A DNA stretch of 64,000 nt, taken from positions 186,001 through 250,000 of the forward strand of contig JAPMXV010000061.1 in assembly GCA_026936335.1 (NCBI GenBank), written 5' to 3'. The stretch comes from Mantamonas sphyraenae STR306. Its lineage: Eukaryota; Protista; CRuMs. The notes beneath the pieces were generated by a model. That model was not told the DNA's origin. It did not search any database and worked only from the letters and a program-made list of their open reading frames with translations. Position 1 is the stretch's first letter. Every line of letters begins with the position of its first letter. Shown piece by piece: positions 1 through 10,633 of this stretch. The position numbers were made by a program, and so were the translations under genes.

Positions 1-491
1 ACCATGATTACCTGCCTGTGTTCCAGGTCCATGATCTGGTCACGGGCCAGGCCGTCAACTACACCGGGTTGTACCGGTGGGAGGTGATTGGGGCAGGCCC
101 CACGGCAAAGGACATCACCCCGTTCCGTCCCGACCAAATGGCTGGGTTCAACCAGTTCATTTGGACGCCCATTCCCGAACCTTTTACATTCTTTTCGCTG
201 GCCAACAATGGGCTGACGTGGGTGTGTGCGCCGGGCACCCCGTGTTCGTCGCCGTGGCCCAACTTCCCAGGCACTCCCGAGTACTACCTGCGCATCCGTG
301 TGGACACCAGCCCCGACCCAAACACCTACTGCAACTACCAGCATGAGTATGTTGTGCGTGTCCATGGCATTAGCATGGACTTTCAAACCACCATGCTCTT
401 TGCAGGCGCCTCCTTTGCCATCTTCCTCCTCGCCTCCCTTTGCTGCATGCTCTACTTTGACGCACAGAAAAAGAAGCAGAAGCGAGAGTGA
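1..491 (+). CDS. CATSPERG: CatSper channel auxiliary subunit gamma-like protein, C-terminal part (5' truncated by window edge)
   Basis: Frame is open from position 3. Ordered motifs DLVTG..Y...VIGAGPT...FN..IWT...GLTWVC....PC...PEYY..V...TYCNYQ.....VHG followed by one TM helix match my recollection of the CATSPERG C-terminus (DLVTG, VVGGGPT, GIEWLC..PC, PEFF, TYCNYQ, IHG, TM). Confidence 0.75.
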   Translation, partial: HDYLPVFQVHDLVTGQAVNYTGLYRWEVIGAGPTAKDITPFRPDQMAGFNQFIWTPIPEPFTFFSLANNGLTWVCAPGTPCSSPWPNFPGTPEYYLRIRVDTSPDPNTYCNYQHEYVVRVHGISMDFQTTMLFAGASFAIFLLASLCCMLYFDAQKKKQKRE

Positions 492-528
492 GCAAACAAT
501 GGGTGGGTGGATGGGAGTAAAACACATG

Positions 529-1302
529 TCAATGATTCCCTCGCTGCTCCTTGCCCAGTTCCCGGATGATCTCCTGCAACTGTACCCTTCGTTCTGTAAT
601 CCACTTTTGGGTCACTGTGTCGTTGAGATCGGCGGAAATGGTGTCCCACAATCCCTTCCCATCCTCAGTGTCCTCCTGCTTGTCGTCGTGGTCTTCCTTG
701 CCCTTGCCCTGTTGAGCCACCACAGCAGACACCAGGTGTTCAGTGACACCCACCACAAACATACCACAGTCATACGAGTTGCTTTGCCTCGGCGTGTCCA
801 CCGACACAAAGGCAGGCGTGTCGTTGACGTCCAGAAATGGGGTCACCTTGCGGCTGATGCGCTTGGCTGCACTTTCGTTGAACCCCGGGATGGAATCGAG
901 GTAGTAGTAGGTGTTGTCCTCCCTCACATACACCATCAACGACCAGTGTGAGCCGCCCAACCTGTCCACAGTCTGGTTGTTGTTCACTGGGATGAACACG
1001 AGCGAGCGTTGTGCCAGCTCCAACGGGCCCAGAGCCAGCGCACACTCTTCCACGTCGTTCAGGAATGTCATCATCATCACCGTCGCAGGTGACACCAGCA
1101 ACACATGAGGCAACTCCCGTTCCAGGTCCTGTTCCTCGCTGGCATACATGTAGGCAAAGGTGATCACCGCATCGTTCAACCACTGCCCGTCGTCCAGCAA
1201 CGCCACATCCGACTCTCGCAACGACACATCCGCATACGTCAACACAAACCTGTCCTCCCCACCCTCGCTCCTGTCACCTCCTGCTGCCTTTGTTGACGAC
1301 AT
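529..1302 (-). CDS. SENP8: NEDD8-specific protease SENP8/DEN1 (Ulp1/C48 family)
   Basis: LTYADVSLRESDVALL, WLNDAVITF, GGSHWSL, LDS and QSNSYDCGMFV supply the His-Asp-Cys triad. Confidence 0.9.
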   Translation of the reverse strand: MSSTKAAGGDRSEGGEDRFVLTYADVSLRESDVALLDDGQWLNDAVITFAYMYASEEQDLERELPHVLLVSPATVMMMTFLNDVEECALALGPLELAQRSLVFIPVNNNQTVDRLGGSHWSLMVYVREDNTYYYLDSIPGFNESAAKRISRKVTPFLDVNDTPAFVSVDTPRQSNSYDCGMFVVGVTEHLVSAVVAQQGKGKEDHDDKQEDTEDGKGLWDTISADLNDTVTQKWITERRVQLQEIIRELGKEQRGNH

Positions 1303-1377
1303 GGTGGTTGCGCAAGGGCGGTGTGTGTTTTCCGTGTTTCGTTTTTTTCATTTGCAATGTCTGTTGAAATGACCACA

Positions 1378-2482
1378 TCAGCAGGTGCTGTCAATCCAGC
1401 ACAACCAGGAGCAAGTGGTGGCAGCTGCTGCTGCCTTGTCCTCGTTCTCATCGCTGACCTCGACCTTGGGCACGCGGCCGTTGAAGGCACGGGTGATGGC
1501 AATGTTGCCGTCGATGTTGGACGAGGCCTTCTTGATGGCAGCACAGTCGTACTTGCATGCAGCAAGCTTGGTCTTGGCTGCATTCAGACACGTGCTCCAA
1601 CGCGGGTGCGAATCGGTCTGGCTCTTGACCACAACCTGCTCCAGGGCGTTGTACGAATCACCGCCGACCTTGGGGCACGTTGCCTTGGCCTGCTTGCTCA
1701 GGTTGTCGCAAAAGGTCATCATGAGGGCATCGGCCTCCTGTGCATCCTCCTCTGCATCTGCATCTGCATCCTCATCCTCCATCTTGTCCTCACCCTCAGC
1801 CACGGCTGCCTTGGCCGTCTCCACCTGCGCTTCCTCTGCCTCTCCGCTTCCTCTCCACTGTCGGCCTCCTCTGCCTCCACATCGCTCATCCCATCCTCCT
1901 CCTCCTCCTCGTTCGCAAATTCATCGTCTGCGCTGTCCTCTGCGTCCGCCTCCTCCTCGTCCTCGTCTTGTTCGTTGTCCGAATCGTTGTCCTGGTCCAG
2001 GTCGTCCACATCCGTGGCCGCATCCGACTCCAGTGCCTCATCCTCGTTGCTCTCCTCCTCTGCACCCCTGTGTGTATGCCCATCCCCAACCATGTGGTCA
2101 GCCTCCCATCCTCCACAAACTCACCCAGCGTCCTGGAAAAGGGCATTCTTCGCAAGGCCCGCTTTTGCAGAGGGCGAAAAAAAACGCCACCCACACGGCG
2201 CGTGCCTGTAAAACGCGCTGTACAGCTGCACATGGGGGGCATCCGGCGAGGAACGGTGCATTCACACACGTGACACACACACACAAAGAGAGAGAGACGG
2301 ATTGTGTCCACTTACGAGTTCTCCTCTTCCTGCTCCGAAGCATCGGAAGCCACGTCCAGGTCGGACGATTCGACGTCCGCCGCAGACTCGGCCTGCGTGC
2401 TGGCTGCAGTCTCCTCCTCCGCCACAACGGCAAACACAGAGCCCGAAATCAACAAAATCAGCAGAGCAAAGGTCACACGCAT
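1378..2482 (-). CDS. Secreted acidic/Cys-rich precursor family, copy 1 (divergent; tail CSWLCWIDSTC); apparent 1-nt deletion near 1840
   Basis: Exon 1 is 2482-2316 (signal MRVTFALLILLISGSVFA); phase-2 GT-AG intron 2315-2068; then acidic tract, C-x10-CP...KLAACKYDC and the tail. The frame changes at gcggagaggcag. Confidence 0.8.
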
Positions 2483-2581
2483 GTTCCAACAAGTGTGTGT
2501 GGTTTTTTTGGTTTTGTTTGGCAAGGCTCAGGCGCCGGCGCGGAAAACCACACAAAAAAAAAGACACCCAACCACACACCG

Positions 2582-3263
2582 ATGAGAAGCACTGCCGTTG
2601 CCGCTGTCGTACTGCTTATATTGGTTGCCTTTTCTCTGGCTGCTGATGCAGACGAGAAGCAATCCGTGAGCGCAGACGAGCACCAAAAGGTCTTGGACTC
2701 GATGCTTGCCGAGGAGGCTCAACGCGCCGCCAACGAGGATGGCTGGGCCATCGAGATCCAGGACGACCTTGAGGTGCAGGATGCTGACGAACGACGCCGA
2801 GCCGGTGGCTCAACGGACATTTACGGCGCCGTGGCTGCCCAGCGCGTGAGTGGATTGGTGGCCAGCCATCACCAAGCGAAAAAAGTGCACTGTGCTCCAC
2901 GCGTCTCTTTCGTCTGCCCCTGACACACACAGGACACGCGCACACACGCAACACACACGCAACACACAGTTCTGCGACACCGTGCTTGCGTCCACGAACC
3001 CGGCGTGCCCGCAGCCGTACAGTTCCGAGTTCAACGGCCTCGTGGCCCTGGTCAAGCAGATGTACGCTGGAACGGACCCGCACTTCGTCGCCAAGGGACA
3101 GGAGGCCCAGCAGAAGCTGTCCAACTGCCAGTACCGATGCGCATACCTCCGCCGGTACAGCAGGCACTTCCGCCGTGGCCGACTGCACCCTCGCATGGTC
3201 GAGGACTCCGACGAAGATTTCGGCGGCTGCTCGTGGCTGTGCTGGATCAACAACAGCTGCTAA
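2582..3263 (+). CDS. Secreted acidic/Cys-rich precursor family, copy 2 (intact)
   Basis: Exons 2582-2845 and 2970-3263 (phase-0 intron gtgagt...cacag). Signal MRSTAVAAVVLLILVAFSLA; FC..NPACP..FNGLVALV..KLSNCQYRC; ends EDSDEDFGGCSWLCWINNSC*. Confidence 0.88.
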
Positions 3264-3449
3264 AGAACGTGCCGTCGAGAGCGAGAGCGAGGCAGTGACC
3301 CGTGCCATGTGAATGCAACCGTCCTCTTTCCCTCGCATTGCGTACACCCGTATCAACCGCCTTAGTGGTTTCCGCTGTTAGAATTTTGATTCACATTGAA
3401 ATCCATGTGGATGTCAAAAGTATTATATTGTGGTTTCAATCAAAATTTG

Positions 3450-5432
3450 TCACTCTACGTCGACGGCGTTCAACATCCACTCGACCATCTCGATGGCTTC
3501 CGCCATCTGCGCGACAGCGGCGTCAGCCCCTTCTTGCCGCGCTTCTTGGATCCATACCTGCAGCTGCTCCCACTCCTGGCGCAATGGTTCGTGCATGGCG
3601 CTCAGCTCCGCGTGCACAGCCGCCGCCGTCTCGTTGTCGCCGCTTGCCACAGCCTGTTCAAACGCCCCGCGCATCTCGCCCACCATATCTGGGTTGAACT
3701 GGCTGACAAACGCAGCCTGCTGCTGCTGGCCCTGTCCGTCTCCGCCATCTCCGCCCGCTCCATCCAGTCGAGCCAGTTCCGCCTCTGCCTCCTCGATGGC
3801 CGCCTTGATCTCCATCGCCGTGCCAAAGTCCTCCCTGTCTTTGGCATCCTGGAGTGCCGCATACATTTCGCCTAGGTTGGCTTCGATGGTGGCCCTGTAA
3901 GCCACATGCGCCTGCATGGCCTCCTCGAGCTCGGCCATGGCCGCCTTGATCTGCAAGCAGTCCTCAAAGCGATCCTGCTGCTTGGCCAGGTCAAAGTCTG
4001 CCTGCCATTCAGCCAGCAACGCCTCTGGATTGGGTGGGAGCTCAGGGAGCAGGCCAGCCGAGCCCTGTTGCAACAGGAACTGGATGCGTGCATCCAACAG
4101 ATTCAACCTGTCAGCCACCCGCCCTGCCTGCTGTTCCTCCCCTGCCAGATACAATTCCTGGTACATCGATTCCAACTCTGCCATCTCTGCCTGCAGACTG
4201 TCCACATCCCGTGCCTCAAACTCCGCCTCCGTTTCGTTCTCAAAGCCAAAGCCACCACCACGCTGCTGCTGCTGCTGCGCCTTGGCACTACGACCAGGAG
4301 GCAATGGGGGCAACTTCTTGTTGTGTGCATGCGGTGTCCCCCTCTGTGTGTTGAAGTTGTCGCCGACAGCAGCAGCAGGAGGCACTGGAGGCAGACTTTT
4401 GCGCTGTTCCTGACTCTCTTCCACCTTTTCCTTCCTGCGCCTTTCGGCCTCTTCCACCTGTCTCTTGGCCAATGCCACCACCCTCTCCTGCTCCGCTTGC
4501 TTGCGTTTGATCTCCTCCTCCCGTTTCTTCCGTTTGGCTTCCTCCTTGGCTGCCTTTTTCGCCGCCTTGGCCTCCTGCTTGGCACTCTTGCTCCGTTGCA
4601 TCTGGGCGTTTGTGTACTCCTCCGCCCTTGCCGCTGCCTCCTCCAATTCCCGCTTGCTTTCCTCCTGGATCTGCTGTGACACTGGTTCGTTCGACATGGC
4701 CCCATGCAACACTTTCGCCGCTGCCGTCTTGGGTTCATACCTGGCCACCTGTTCCTTCTTCAAACTCCACGACCTCTTCCTCGGCTTCGCCTCCCCCTCC
4801 TCCTCCTCCTCCTCCTCCTGTCCATACTTGGCACTCAGATACTGTGTCTTCTGCCCTTGCACCGATTGCCCGTTTCCGTGCATGTTGCCTGGCTTCAGGT
4901 GCTTGGATGGCACCGGCGGAGGAGGTGGCGCTGGAGCAGACCCTCCCCGCCCACCTTTGGCCGTCTCCTGCGACGGAAGTTGCACACGTGGCATGCCCAT
5001 CTGTGACGCACGCATGCTCAGTCGTTTGGGTTTCTCGGGCACCGCTGGTTTGGGGATGTCTGCCAGCACGTTGGCCAGCGAGTCGACGTCAAAGCCATCC
5101 TCTTCCGCTCCTGCTGCTCCTCCTGCTCCTCCTCCTCCCTCTTGTTCTGCCCCTTCCCATTGCCCCATCCCTCCTGAGTGTTGTCCATCCGTGTGACTGC
5201 CGATGTCATTGTCATCGTCACCAAAGTGCAATGAGGCCAACACATCGCCAAGACGGTCGGCCGTCCCTGCGCGATCTCGAGCCAGCGTGGGCTGCAGGTG
5301 GTTCAGTCGCTTGTCAAACACAGGCACAGGCGGTGCATCATCATAGCCCCCATTCGCCTCCCATTGTTCTTGTTGATGTTGTTCCACTTCCTCACTCTCC
5401 TTCAATGCTCCGACCAATGCATCCAGGTCCAT
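3450..5432 (-). CDS. Uncharacterised scaffold protein: LD-like motifs, Pro-rich motifs, coiled coil, C-terminal UVR (UvrB/UvrC)-like repeats
   Basis: Long ORF, probable start MDLDALVGAL. Several PxxP motifs. Repeats such as LQDAKDREDFGTAMEIKAAIEE and DLAKQQDRFEDCLQIKAAMAEL. Confidence 0.7.
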   Translation of the reverse strand: MDLDALVGALKESEEVEQHQQEQWEANGGYDDAPPVPVFDKRLNHLQPTLARDRAGTADRLGDVLASLHFGDDDNDIGSHTDGQHSGGMGQWEGAEQEGGGGAGGAAGAEEDGFDVDSLANVLADIPKPAVPEKPKRLSMRASQMGMPRVQLPSQETAKGGRGGSAPAPPPPPVPSKHLKPGNMHGNGQSVQGQKTQYLSAKYGQEEEEEEEGEAKPRKRSWSLKKEQVARYEPKTAAAKVLHGAMSNEPVSQQIQEESKRELEEAAARAEEYTNAQMQRSKSAKQEAKAAKKAAKEEAKRKKREEEIKRKQAEQERVVALAKRQVEEAERRRKEKVEESQEQRKSLPPVPPAAAVGDNFNTQRGTPHAHNKKLPPLPPGRSAKAQQQQQRGGGFGFENETEAEFEARDVDSLQAEMAELESMYQELYLAGEEQQAGRVADRLNLLDARIQFLLQQGSAGLLPELPPNPEALLAEWQADFDLAKQQDRFEDCLQIKAAMAELEEAMQAHVAYRATIEANLGEMYAALQDAKDREDFGTAMEIKAAIEEAEAELARLDGAGGDGGDGQGQQQQAAFVSQFNPDMVGEMRGAFEQAVASGDNETAAAVHAELSAMHEPLRQEWEQLQVWIQEARQEGADAAVAQMAEAIEMVEWMLNAVDVE

Positions 5433-5524
5433 GACGACAACTTGCGTTGCCTCCAACGACGCCCTCCCCCCCCTTCCCCTGCAATTGCATGTCAACATGA
5501 TGATGGGACATCCACACACTGTGT

Positions 5525-6208
5525 TTACTCCTGGGCAGTAGTCTCATCGTCATCCACCTCAGCCTGGAGATCCTCAGCGTCGGAATCAATGTCGCTTGCG
5601 TTCTCCTGGGTCATGGTCTTGCTTGCTGCATCCTCAGCATCCTCCTCATTGTCCAACTGCTCCTGTTCCGTTTCGGCGTTGGCCTCTGCGTCGTCCTCCA
5701 CGTCTTCAGCGTGCTCATACTCCTCCTCCTCTGCCTCCTCATCGCTGTCCAGGTCAGACTCTTCCTCCGCTGCCTGCTCCTCCGCATCAGACTCGTCTTC
5801 ATCCTCAATCCCACTGTCCAGTTCTCCCTCACTGTCACTGTCCTCCTCCGATTCCCTGCGTGTGTGTGTATGTGAGTGTGTGTGTGTTGCATGGGGGCAG
5901 GTCTTGTGTCAGGTCTACACTTCCAACCACAAAAATTCCACCTCCCCCCCATTCTTTTCCACACTCCTCCGTCACAGACACCCACTCGCCACACCGTTCC
6001 TCCTCATTGGGTTCTCAACCTACACGGCGGACTCCTGCTCCTTCTCCTCCTGGGTCTCCTGCTGGACTTCTGTCGCAGCAGGGACCTCCATCTTGGCGGC
6101 GGCGGCAGGCTCAGCCACCACTTCCGGGGCAGCAGCCTTCTCCTCCACGGCCACAGCCATGGTCACAAGGGCAATCAAGGCAACAAGGGCAATCAGCGAG
6201 CGCTGCAT
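5525..6208 (-). CDS. Secreted poly-acidic protein; precursor-family copy 3 lacking the Cys domain and tail
   Basis: Exon 1 is 6208-6024 (signal MQRSLIALVALIALVTMAVA); phase-2 intron 6023-5856 (gtaggt...cgcag); exon 2 (5855-5525) is Asp/Glu-dominated and ends DDDETTAQE*. Confidence 0.75.
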
Positions 6209-6313
6209 CTTTTTCGATGTGAGCGTGTGGTTGGATGAATGGGATTGTCTTGTTTGCTCCAGCTCACTTGCACCCTGCCCACGTTCTCCTTCTCGTTGTC
6301 CTGGCTCACCGCA

Positions 6314-6838
6314 TCACCTCTTCACCACCAGGCGCTTCATGTGCCGGATCACATCCTCGCCGTGCTTGCCCCATCGCATGGTGATGGCCACGTGGGCAGC
6401 TGTCCACTCTGTAAACAAGCAGTCGTACCTCTGCCACCCTACCCGTCTCAACCATCGTTTGATCTGTCTCAGTTCCTTCCTCAGTTCATCCGAAGAGAAC
6501 TCTTCCTCCTCCTCCTCATCACCATCATCATCATCATCATCATCACCATCACCATCCAGCTTGTTCACTTTCTCCTCTTCCCGCTCGTACACCTCACTGT
6601 GCACAATGTGTGGATGCTCCTCATCGATTCCCTTGATGTCCTCCGCCTCCATGTCCCGATACGGATTGCGGCTGCACAATGCAGCCGTGCAAAACGGCAC
6701 CTGCAGCTCCCAAAACACATTTGTGTACAGCACACGCTGTTCAAACCTTCCCAACGCCTCCATGTACGGTGATTCCGGGTGTGCCATGTGCCACAGCAGC
6801 GGTTTGCCCTCCTTCTCCCCACTGCCGGATGTTGTGCC

Positions 6839-6871
<33 letters not shown>

Positions 6872-7342
6872 CGACTCCTCCACAGACACACTGTCGGCCA
6901 GAAGCAGCTGTTTGCCTGTCTCCCCCAACAGCGAGTTGACCCACCAGTGTACGGTGTTGTTGAAATAGGTGCGCTGTGGCCTGCGCACGCCCATGTGTGG
7001 CGTCACAAGGGTGACAAACGACCCCAGCGTCACCGTGTCCAGCACTCCACGCTGCAACAGTTCCCCCATCGCATAGCGTCCATACAATCCACCCAATGAG
7101 TGACAAACCAGATCCATCTCCTCAATGCTTCCCTCGTGGCTGTCCAGCAGCGCTTCGATTTCGTCCGCCACACGCTTTCCGCCCGCGTCCACCCCGTCGT
7201 ATGTGCCCCAAAAGTACGCGTTGGACGTGCATGCATGCAGCATCACCTCGTTGCCATTGTTCCCCTCCTCAAACACACCCATCACCGCATCCCAGTCTTT
7301 CTGAGTGCCGTTCAGGCCGTGCACAAAACACACCAACTTCAT
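6314..7342 (-). CDS. DUF676/ROG1-like putative serine esterase/lipase (alpha/beta hydrolase)
   Basis: FVHGLNG, TYDGVDAGGKRVA, CHSLGGLYGRYA, TPHMGVR, GETGKQLLL, AHVAI. Confidence 0.85.
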
Positions 7343-7374
7343 TTTCGTCTGCCTCACCCTGCGCCACCTTCTCT

Positions 7375-9203
7375 TCATTGTGCCTCAAACTGCTCCATCA
7401 GAGCGGCCTGTTCGGCAACATCCACCTCGTTCACATCTACAGGGTATTCGGACGCACCTCCCCGGAAAGCTGCAACGACTGTCCCGATGTCCGGAATCGC
7501 GTCCACCAAGTCCCACAGGCGCTCCTCCTCGTCCAGTTCCTCGAATTCGTTGTCGTAGAAGTGGTCGTCCAGGTCATCTTCATCCTCCGTACCACCGTGC
7601 CCCCCGTCCCCGCGCATCGTGTCTGTCCAGGGTTCGTCAATGGGCTCCGTCAGCTCCTCGTACGGGATGCGAATGGGTGTACAGCAATTGTACAGGATGG
7701 ACACCCCCTGCACGTAGTCCAGCAGATCCCTGGGCAGCCGATCTTCCAATTGACTGTTCACTCTCTCCACGACAATCTCCTCCTCTTGCACCATGCCCAT
7801 CTCCGACTCTACATCCATCCCCATCCCCATCCTCATCCCCATCCCCATCCCCGTCTCCGTATCCATCCCCGTGTCCAAATCATAGTCGATGTCCTCTCTG
7901 TCGCCGTCCACCGAAAACGGGAGCACGTGTGCCTTGACCACCGCCGCCGCCGCAAGCTGTTTGAGACTGGGCAAGCGCACATCGTCAAAGAACGGGTGTT
8001 CCAACGCCTCGGCCGCACTGATACGATCCTGTGGTCGCATGGCCAGCAGCTTGCGTAGCAGATCATCTGCGTCTGCGTCGTCGTGCAGGATGGGCACCCC
8101 CAGGCTCATCTCCTCCTTGGGTCTCCATTTGGGAAATGAGGCGTTCCAAAACTTCAGTTTAGACACACCCGGCCAGGTGTCCTCGTTGGGTGTGCCCATC
8201 ACGCGAAAGATGCGATACAGCTGGTCGATTTGCGAGTCGCCAAGAAACACCGGGCAGCCGTTGAACATTTCGGCGATGGCACAACCGGCGGACCAAATGT
8301 CCCCGCGAGTGCCGTACTCACATTCGCCCAGGAGCACCTCGGGAGGCCTGTATGCACACGTGGTCACTGTCGGGGAGTACGCCCTGCCCCACCGTCCTTC
8401 CCGCTCATCATCCTCGTCCATGCTCATGTCCAGCGAGCGACACATGGCAAACGAGGTGAGCAACAGCCGCCCGTCGTCGCCGATGTGGCACTTGGAAGGC
8501 TTGATGTTGCGGTGCACAACCTTGATGGAGTGCAGATACTTCAGGGCACACAGCAGCTGGTACGCATAGTTCTGTGCGCAGTCACTCTGTGTGTCAATAC
8601 GCCCTGATTCACACGCTCACTCGTTCACCTTTTGCGTTGTGCCCCACCCCCCCCCCACACCTCGCACGCGCCACAAGCCACTCACCTTCATCACCCACAG
8701 ATACGCCTCGGGCGACGGCGAGATATGGTCATAATAATAGATGAGAGTGCCCAACGAGTGGTTCAGCCTCTCGTAGACGATAAACACGCCTTGCGGATCC
8801 ATGATCACCTCTTCCAGGCTGTGGGGAACGGAAAGTGCTGGGTAAGCGTGCAGATCTCGGGAAATCGAGAAACCGAGCACTTTTGGCGCCAACTGCCCCT
8901 CGGGCCTTACCTGACGATGTTTGGATGATGGGAAACCTGTTTGAGCACAGAAACTGCACGCAGCGTGGTAGGGTCGATGCCCTCCGACTCTGATTGCAGG
9001 TACTGGGCCAGTTTGAAGGAGCCGTCGTTCAAGTTTCGAGCAATGTGTGTGTGGCGCTGCTGCGTGGCCGAATGGTACCACACGTGCCTCCGTGCTTGCT
9101 CCTCGTCCTCAACCTCCAATGGAGGAAGGCGTGGCACCACATTGGCCTCCAGATACCGATTCAACACATCGCCAAACACCTCGTGCTTGGCGTACTTTTC
9201 CAT
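7375..9203 (-). CDS. CDK-like pseudokinase with acidic C-terminal extension
   Basis: Exons 9203-8911, 8818-8686 and 8571-7375. CDK C-lobe is recognisable (YRPPEVLLG, DIWSAGC, GDSQIDQLYRIFRVMGTPNEDTWPGV, RISAAEALEHPFF), but catalytic motifs read HRNIKPSK and SFA. Confidence 0.85.
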
Positions 9204-9478
9204 CTCTGCTCCCCTCACGTTGGCATACCGCGCGCAAACGCAGGTACCCACAATCGTTCAACAACATCCAACGACAGCAGCATTGCCCTTCCTTCCCTCG
9301 ACACAAAGCAAGTGGATTTCGTTGAAAAATCGGTTGTTTTCTTCCCCATTCTGCGCGTCCGCACTTCAGCGTGCCTGCTTTGCCACAGGTCGCCACCGCA
9401 AACTCCGCCTTTTGTGGGGGTGAGGGTGAATGAACGAGTGATGATCAGAGGTGACATCACATCAACGTGTGCAGCTGT

Positions 9479-10502
9479 TTAGCAGCTGTTGTTGATCCAG
9501 CACAGCCAGGAGCAGCCGCCCTGGTCCTTGTTCTCGTCCTCGTCCTCAACGGCCTTGGGTGTCCAGTCGTCATCGAGAACCGTGAGCTTGCTCCATATTG
9601 GTAATCCTGCGGCTGAAGAACTTGATCAGAGCGCAGTTGTACTCGCACTTGCGAAGCTTGTTCTGGGCGGCGAGGGCAGCGTTCTTTTCCAGGGCGGTCA
9701 TCTGGTTGGGGGCAGTGCGCAGCCTCTCCACAAGCTTCACCAGGTTGTTGAAGGCGCTGGAGAATGCCTTGGGGCACTTGGGGTTGCCGCTCACCAGGTA
9801 CTGGCAGTACTTGTTGTACGAGGAGCTGGAGGAGATGCCGAAAATGCCCTCGTTCTCCTCGTCCTGGTCCTCGTCGTCCACAGCCTTGAGACCAGTGTAC
9901 CACTGTTCCATGTCGGCGTCCACGTCGTCCTCAGAGTCGGCCTCCGACTCTTCATCGTCGTCCTCGTTGGAAGAGGCGTCCTCCACGTCGTCCTCAGCCT
10001 CAAGCTGCGCCTCAACGTCGTCGCTTTCTTCCGCCTCCGAGTCCTCTTCGTCCTCGGAAGAGTCCTCCACGTCCGAGTCGGCATCCGCCTCACTCTCCTC
10101 CTCGTTGCCATCCTCACTCTCCACCTCGCTGATATTCATGTAGCGCATTTACATGTCAGCTAACCGCGTGCGGGGCGGGCAAAACAATCGGGCCAAGAGA
10201 AAAAAAATGCTTTGCAGAGGGCCGATTTGTGTGCTTGCCAACTTTTGACCGGCGCTGGAGCACCTGAGAGAGCCCATACAAAGTGGGTGAAAGTACAGGA
10301 CGCAAGACAAAGTCGGGCGCAAAACAACCAGCGTCCGGGCACGCATGCACATGGTCCACCTCTACGCCTTGGCAACTTACGCTTCGGCAGGCGATTCCTC
10401 CTGGGCCGTTTCGGCAACAGCCTCAACCGCAGGGGCTTCCTCAGCGACTGCAACCGCAGCGCCGGCAATCAACAGCACAAGCAGGGCAATGGTAATGCGC
10501 AT
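9479..10502 (-). CDS. Secreted acidic/Cys-rich precursor family, copy 4; apparent frameshift between about 9575 and 9620
   Basis: Exon 1 is 10502-10381; phase-2 intron 10380-10129; YNKYC..NPKCP..FNNLVKLV..KLRKCEYNC. The tail EDEDENKDQGGCSWLCWINNSC* is in the +1 frame. Confidence 0.82.
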
Positions 10503-10633
10503 GGTTGGTGGGATCGGGTTTGTGTTTGCCAAGTTCGCGTGCAGGCATTCCATCGCACACACACACCTACACACACGCACAAGTGATGATGATGATGAGA
10601 GTGTGTGCAATCAATGGGGTTTGTTCACGGTGC

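Noticed and set aside
2110-2215. Possible micro-exons inside the copy-1 intron (ttttccag|gacgctgg|gtgagt)
   Set aside because: A single intron 2315-2068 already keeps frame and matches the paralogues; the 8-nt exon alone would break frame.
7789-7870. Hexamer repeat (ccccat)n as a telomere-like or CRISPR-like repeat
   Set aside because: In-frame Gly-Met low-complexity coding in the pseudokinase tail; no spacer structure. No CRISPR array or rRNA was seen anywhere in the window.
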